Assembly: GCA_965204375.1 (NCBI GenBank)
Contig: OZ241986.1
Location: 2,912,001 to 2,976,000, forward strand
DNA: 64,000 nucleotides
Direction of reading: 5' to 3'
Origin: Candidatus Latescibacterota bacterium
Lineage (GTDB): Bacteria; Latescibacterota; UBA2968
Of the stretch, positions 59,450 through 64,000 are shown in pieces. Under the pieces are notes generated by a model that saw only the letters and a program-made list of their open reading frames with translations, had not been told where the DNA came from and made no database searches. Both the position numbers and the translations under genes were made by a program. Numbering within the stretch: position 1 is the first letter of the stretch; each line of letters begins with the position of its first letter.

Positions 59450-61039
59450 ATGCCTCTGCCAACAACTCCCAAACGCGACCACCTCTTCGCGAATATAACA
59501 GCCGGATTGCGGTCTTATTGCGTTACCCACTTATTGCGTTTTAGGCTGTACTGCTTTTATCTGTGCGCATCTGCGTTCATCTGCGGATGGTTTTCCGTCC
59601 ACGCCCAACCCATCCCCCAAAGCGGAACCCACCTGATTCCACGCCAAACCACACCCTATCGCCCCGCAACCAAAATACCCCTCTCCACGCCTTTCCGCGT
59701 TGGCGATACGCTCACGCTACCCGCATACAGTTTTCAACTCGTTGGCGGAGGGAAATACCACACCACAACAACCTGTCGCTATGTGGGCAACCACTGTTAC
59801 ATTTTTGTAGAAGATGACATGTGGAACACTCCGCGCGTGACACAAACGGGCATTGAATCCCTTGCCCTTGCATTTGATAAATCCACCGCACGCCATCCCA
59901 ACCGCGGCATTTACGAGACTGTCACCGACCTCTTTGGCGATCCCCCGGATGTCGATGCCGATCCCCGCATACTCATCTTGGTGCTCGACGTGCTCGACAG
60001 TCCTATCACGGGCATCACATTTGTCGGTTATATCGACACCGATAACCAAGCCCCGCCCGTCTCGCGCGAAATTATTTATATCGACGCCCGTCCTCTCGAC
60101 ATTGGCAGCAACCTCGCACGTGCCACACTCGCCCACGAATTTCAGCACCTGATCCACTGGAAAGCCGACTCCGACGAAGCCAAATGGCTCGACGAAGGGT
60201 GCTCGGAATACGCCGAACTCGCCTGTGGATACAAAGACACGACGGCAGCCGCGACCGAAAATTTTCTCTCGCTCGCGGTCAATACAGACCTCACCTATTG
60301 GGAAGATCAGTTCTTTGATTTTGACCAGGCATATCTCTATATGACGTACTTCGCCCAGCGCTATGGTGACAGCGCACTCCGCAAACTCGTCGCAGACCCG
60401 GACAGCAGCATAGTGAGCATCGACAATGTCCTTCAATCGCTCAACGCGCCCGAACGCTTCGATCACCTCTTTGGACAATGGGCTGCTGCTATGTACCTCG
60501 ACGGTGCGGACGACCTCGGCTATCGCGCCATTGACCTGCATCCCGCAAAGCGCGAAATCCTCACCATCCCGACCAATAACCTCACGCGACGCGCCACGCG
60601 CTGGGGCATAGACTATCTCGCTTTGGGCGAAACACCCCGCCTCGCCTTCACAATTCAATCCACAGGTGACAACGACCTCCTCGTCACACTCATTGCCGAA
60701 GGGAATCAACCCTTTGCCGCACCGATCCCCATTTCAGCCTCACAGGGCAAACGCATCCACACATCGGGCAATATTGCCAGAAGCCTCGCCATCACCTCCA
60801 CATCTGGCACAACAATCGGTTACACCCTCTCCGTATCTAAACTCGCTCCCGGTCCCGCAGCCGCAGACTTTGACGGGGACGGGGAAATCGGCTTCTCGGA
60901 CTTCCTCGCCTTTGCCTCTGCCTTTGGCAAAACCGCAGGCGACATTGGCTTTGACCCCACCTTTGACCTCGACGGCGACCTGCGCGTTACCTTCTCGGAC
61001 TTCCTCATCTTTGTCCAGAACTTCGGCGCAGACCTTTAA
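59450..61039 (+). CDS. Secreted zinc metallopeptidase (M30/MA-like) with C-terminal dockerin-like module
   Basis: TLAHEFQHLIH, WLDEGCSE third ligand, C-terminal DFDGDGEIGFSDFLAF/DLDGDLRVTFSDFLIF. Start uncertain (59450 or slightly downstream). Confidence 0.8.
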   Translation: MPLPTTPKRDHLFANITAGLRSYCVTHLLRFRLYCFYLCASAFICGWFSVHAQPIPQSGTHLIPRQTTPYRPATKIPLSTPFRVGDTLTLPAYSFQLVGGGKYHTTTTCRYVGNHCYIFVEDDMWNTPRVTQTGIESLALAFDKSTARHPNRGIYETVTDLFGDPPDVDADPRILILVLDVLDSPITGITFVGYIDTDNQAPPVSREIIYIDARPLDIGSNLARATLAHEFQHLIHWKADSDEAKWLDEGCSEYAELACGYKDTTAAATENFLSLAVNTDLTYWEDQFFDFDQAYLYMTYFAQRYGDSALRKLVADPDSSIVSIDNVLQSLNAPERFDHLFGQWAAAMYLDGADDLGYRAIDLHPAKREILTIPTNNLTRRATRWGIDYLALGETPRLAFTIQSTGDNDLLVTLIAEGNQPFAAPIPISASQGKRIHTSGNIARSLAITSTSGTTIGYTLSVSKLAPGPAAADFDGDGEIGFSDFLAFASAFGKTAGDIGFDPTFDLDGDLRVTFSDFLIFVQNFGADL

Positions 61040-61063
61040 CATAAAAAAACGAAAGGCAATCCC

Positions 61064-62656
61064 ATGCCAATCACGACCCTTATTCACTCAGGCAAAATAA
61101 TCGACGGCACTGGCAACCCCTATTTCTACGGCGACATAGCTCTTGAGAACGGCAAAATATCCGCCATCGAACCACCGGGGTCCATCTCCCGCGATGGCAT
61201 CGGCGAAATCGTCGATGCATCCGGTCACATCGTCTGTCCCGGCTTCATCGACATACAGAGCCACTCAATCGTCCCGCTCATGCGCGATGGCCGATGCCTC
61301 TCCAAAATCACCCAGGGCATCACGACCGAAATCATGGGCGAAGCGTGGACCCCAGCACCTATCGGAGGCTCCAATACCCTCTCGCGATCTCTACCCAAAA
61401 ACTGGCGGGAACGCGCGCGGAACTGGCACCGCTTTGGCAACTGGCTCGACGCCATGATCGAAGCTGGCGTCTCTCCCAACGTCGGCTCCTTCCTCGGCGC
61501 GGGCACCCTGCGCGCGCACGCAATGGGCATGCGGATGGGCGAACCAACCCCCGACGAAATGAAAACCATGCACCGCATCATGGCCGAATCCCTGGAAGAC
61601 GGCGCCTTTGGTCCCTCCTATGCCCTCATCTACCCGCCGGACACATATACCAGCACGGATGAAATCGTCGAAATCTGCAAAACAGTAGCGCGATTCGGCG
61701 GCATCTACATCACCCACATCCGATCCGAAGCCGACAAACTTCTCGAAGCCCTGGACGAAGCCATCGAAATCGGACAGCGCGCCAACATCCCGGTCGAAAT
61801 CTACCACCTCAAAGCCGTCCCCGAGCGCAACTACCCCAAGATGCACCAAGTCATTGCGCGCGTGAACCAGGTACGCACCGAGGGCCTCGACATCACCGCC
61901 GATATGTATCCCTACACCGCCAGCGGCACCGGCCTATCCACTGTCCTGCCCACCTGGGTGGCCGCAGACGGCAAATTCTTCGACAACCTGCGCGACCCCG
62001 ACATCCGCGCGAAAATCGTCTCCGAAGTCAGAAACCGCCAGGGCGAGATACCCCGTCGTCCGGACCGAATCGCTCCGGTCGGATTTAAAAAACCCGAAAA
62101 TCAACAGTACATCGGCAAGCGCCTCTCTGAGATTGCCGAGATGCGCGGCCAGGATTGGGTAGAAGCCACCATTGACCTCCTGCTATCGGAAAACCAGCGC
62201 ATCTTCACCATCTACCACACCATATCCGAAGACAACGTCCGTCTCCAACTCCAACTCCCCTGGATCAAAGTCTCCACAGATGCGGGCGGCGTAGATCCAG
62301 AACGGGTGGCTGCTGAGGGACCGCTCCACCCCCGGTCGTACGGCACCTATCCCCGCGTCCTCGGCCACTATGTCCGCGACGAAAAGCTCATGCCACTCGA
62401 AGAAGCCATCCGCAAAATGACCTCCTCAGTTGCCAATCGCCTCTCACTGTGGGACCGCGGGCGGCTCCAGCCCGGCTGCTGGGCCGACGTCGTCGTCTTT
62501 GACCCCGACACCGTCGCCGACCGCTCGACATTCGACGACACCCATCAACTCTCTATCGGCATCCGCGACGTCTTCGTCAACGGCATCCGCGTCCTCGAAA
62601 ATGGCGAACACACGGGTGCAACCCCTGGAATGTTCGTCAAAGGTCCGGGGGCGTAG
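61064..62656 (+). CDS. N-acyl-D-amino-acid deacylase (D-aminoacylase) family amidohydrolase
   Basis: IIDGTG, PGFIDIQSHS, THIRSE, YHLK, DMYPY, HPRSYGTYPR, LEEAIRKMTS. Confidence 0.92.
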   Translation: MPITTLIHSGKIIDGTGNPYFYGDIALENGKISAIEPPGSISRDGIGEIVDASGHIVCPGFIDIQSHSIVPLMRDGRCLSKITQGITTEIMGEAWTPAPIGGSNTLSRSLPKNWRERARNWHRFGNWLDAMIEAGVSPNVGSFLGAGTLRAHAMGMRMGEPTPDEMKTMHRIMAESLEDGAFGPSYALIYPPDTYTSTDEIVEICKTVARFGGIYITHIRSEADKLLEALDEAIEIGQRANIPVEIYHLKAVPERNYPKMHQVIARVNQVRTEGLDITADMYPYTASGTGLSTVLPTWVAADGKFFDNLRDPDIRAKIVSEVRNRQGEIPRRPDRIAPVGFKKPENQQYIGKRLSEIAEMRGQDWVEATIDLLLSENQRIFTIYHTISEDNVRLQLQLPWIKVSTDAGGVDPERVAAEGPLHPRSYGTYPRVLGHYVRDEKLMPLEEAIRKMTSSVANRLSLWDRGRLQPGCWADVVVFDPDTVADRSTFDDTHQLSIGIRDVFVNGIRVLENGEHTGATPGMFVKGPGA

Positions 62657-63605
62657 GCGGAATTACACCGCGTTTGCGAAGCACATCATCCACCTTATCA
62701 TCGCCGCCCGTCGCTTTGTCGGCAAAGTTGAACTCCGATCCCGCATTGAGCAATAACTCAATCACCCCGGCGTAATCGGCACCTATCACGGGATGATTCG
62801 CCAGAAAATACATCGTTGAACCAAGAGATGTACCACCATAATCATTTTTCAACTCAACAGAAGCCCCGTACCCCAAAAGCATCTCCACCGTATTTCTCCG
62901 ACCGCGTTGTGATGCCAGCATTAACCCTGTATTATTTGCCCCACCCCTTGCGTCTATATCCACGCCGCGTTTGAGAAGATATTCTGCCACATCAGTTTGT
63001 CCATACTTGCAAGCGCACCAGAACGCCTCTTCCAATTCCCCGCAGGAGATACTTCCCTCATCAACGAATCGCTCGACCAGTTCAAGCTCCCCCAGACCAG
63101 CGGCGATTTCGACATTCGCGATTTTTGCACCGCATTCAATAAGAGCCTGAACTGACTCGGGATACTCAAAACCAAGCGCGAGCCTTAGTGGTTCACCATC
63201 TCCCTTTAACCCATCTACCCTGGCACCCGCATTGACGAATACGCTCACAAGCTCAGCAGCGACACCTGATTTATGTGGATGAAAACTGGTCACCAACGAC
63301 ACAAGCGGTGTAGTCCCCGATCCCCCATCCAGGAACGTGGCATCTATCTCGGCACCAGCATCGATAAGCACATTTGCTACATCAACCGCGTTGACCGGTG
63401 TTCTCTGCCGTTCATCTTCCACGCCATTTGCCGCCACATAGTGGATCAACATCGCCCTATGCGCTCTGGAGGACCGCATGCGAATCAGATCAGGCTCTCT
63501 CCTGATCAGCGATTTAAGCGTCTCAATATCACCTGAAATCACGGCATCAACAGCTTCTTCAAATTCCTCGCACCTTAAGACACGTAGAGCATTTTCTTTA
63601 GCCAT
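62637..63605 (-). CDS. Ankyrin repeat protein
   Basis: Repeated ankyrin units (ACKYGQTDVAEYLLKRGVDID, TGLMLASQRGRRNTVEMLLGYGA); HYVAANGVE motif. Confidence 0.9.
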   Translation of the reverse strand: MAKENALRVLRCEEFEEAVDAVISGDIETLKSLIRREPDLIRMRSSRAHRAMLIHYVAANGVEDERQRTPVNAVDVANVLIDAGAEIDATFLDGGSGTTPLVSLVTSFHPHKSGVAAELVSVFVNAGARVDGLKGDGEPLRLALGFEYPESVQALIECGAKIANVEIAAGLGELELVERFVDEGSISCGELEEAFWCACKYGQTDVAEYLLKRGVDIDARGGANNTGLMLASQRGRRNTVEMLLGYGASVELKNDYGGTSLGSTMYFLANHPVIGADYAGVIELLLNAGSEFNFADKATGGDDKVDDVLRKRGVIPPTPPDL

Positions 63606-63916
63606 CTTTATTCCTTTTTTTCCGAATATCACGGACAGAATGCGTCCGAGAAATCCAATGGCTATGGATGTCCGTCGAGTATTTTTTTCCCCTGTGGCTA
63701 CACAAAAAAATCTTGACAGGACAATTAGAGGGATTAATTTATTTCTGAATTTTTCTCATCCTATTCACGGGAACGGGTATTGTGAAGACCTCTCATCCTG
63801 TTTCAGACATTCTTGCCAGCGCAGCACCGTTTATCGGTATCCCGATGAACGCACCAAAATGTTCTACGACCTTCCCGAATAGCGCACAAGTGATTCATTT
63901 ATTTAAACTTATATTC

Positions 63917-63955
63917 GGGGGGGGGGGGGGGGGGGGGGGGTAGAAGTACTTCTAC
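63917..63955. other. G24 homopolymer abutting a 16-bp perfect palindrome
   Basis: G run at 63917-63940; GTAGAAGTACTTCTAC at 63940-63955. Confidence 0.6.
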
Positions 63956-64000
63956 TATCTGACTTTCCTCTTTCTCCGCCTTTCGCGCATTCGCGCAGCC

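Noticed and set aside
61240-61345. D-aminoacylase metal-ligand changes (DIQSH, GEAW)
   Set aside because: The other ligands are retained and similar variants occur in the family; insufficient to claim novelty.
1-64000. tRNA, rRNA, integrase or transposase genes
   Set aside because: None recognised by eye; a covariance-model scan would be needed to exclude small RNAs.

Overview
A 64-kb, gene-dense bacterial chromosomal segment. The gene content suggests an FCB-group bacterium, probably Latescibacterota/Gemmatimonadota-like and possibly host- or sponge-associated (inference only, from a PorV-like barrel, a T9SS/FlgD-type C-terminal domain, dockerin-like EF-hand modules, two PhyH dioxygenases, a sulfatase and an ankyrin protein). 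From 1 to 22 kb are catabolic and transport genes plus an AAA-ATPase/TOPRIM-like (PARIS-like) pair with a frameshift. From 22 to 44 kb is a ~22-kb co-directional minus-strand aromatic-amino-acid supercluster: trpE-trpG-trpD-oxidoreductase-trpC-trpF-tyrS-aldolase-trpB-trpA-chorismate mutase-DAHP synthase-[TA insert]-tyrA-aroA-like half protein-small ORF-aroE-ubiE/menG-hyp-argS-aroK-aroB-purF. The best observation lies just upstream of trpE and is absent from the ORF track: a 34-codon leader peptide, MNAFATYFWYFWRRFDGRYYYYRRPSKSVVCPAF, with Phe, Tyr, Trp and Arg codon clusters, followed by mutually exclusive antiterminator and terminator hairpins. This looks like a ribosome-dependent attenuator that may sense all three aromatic amino acids. 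Other notable items are a single-domain, catalytically degenerate AroA homologue, a 3x31-bp repeat at a TA gene junction, two unannotated small membrane proteins and an NCS2 permease with an anti-sigma-like tail. From 49.5 to 61 kb is an envelope/secretion cluster (PorV-like barrel, HEXXH-less M6-like cargo, peptidase-TolB-Omp85-like fusion, paralogous membrane proteins). No rRNA, tRNA, CRISPR array or transposase was recognised.
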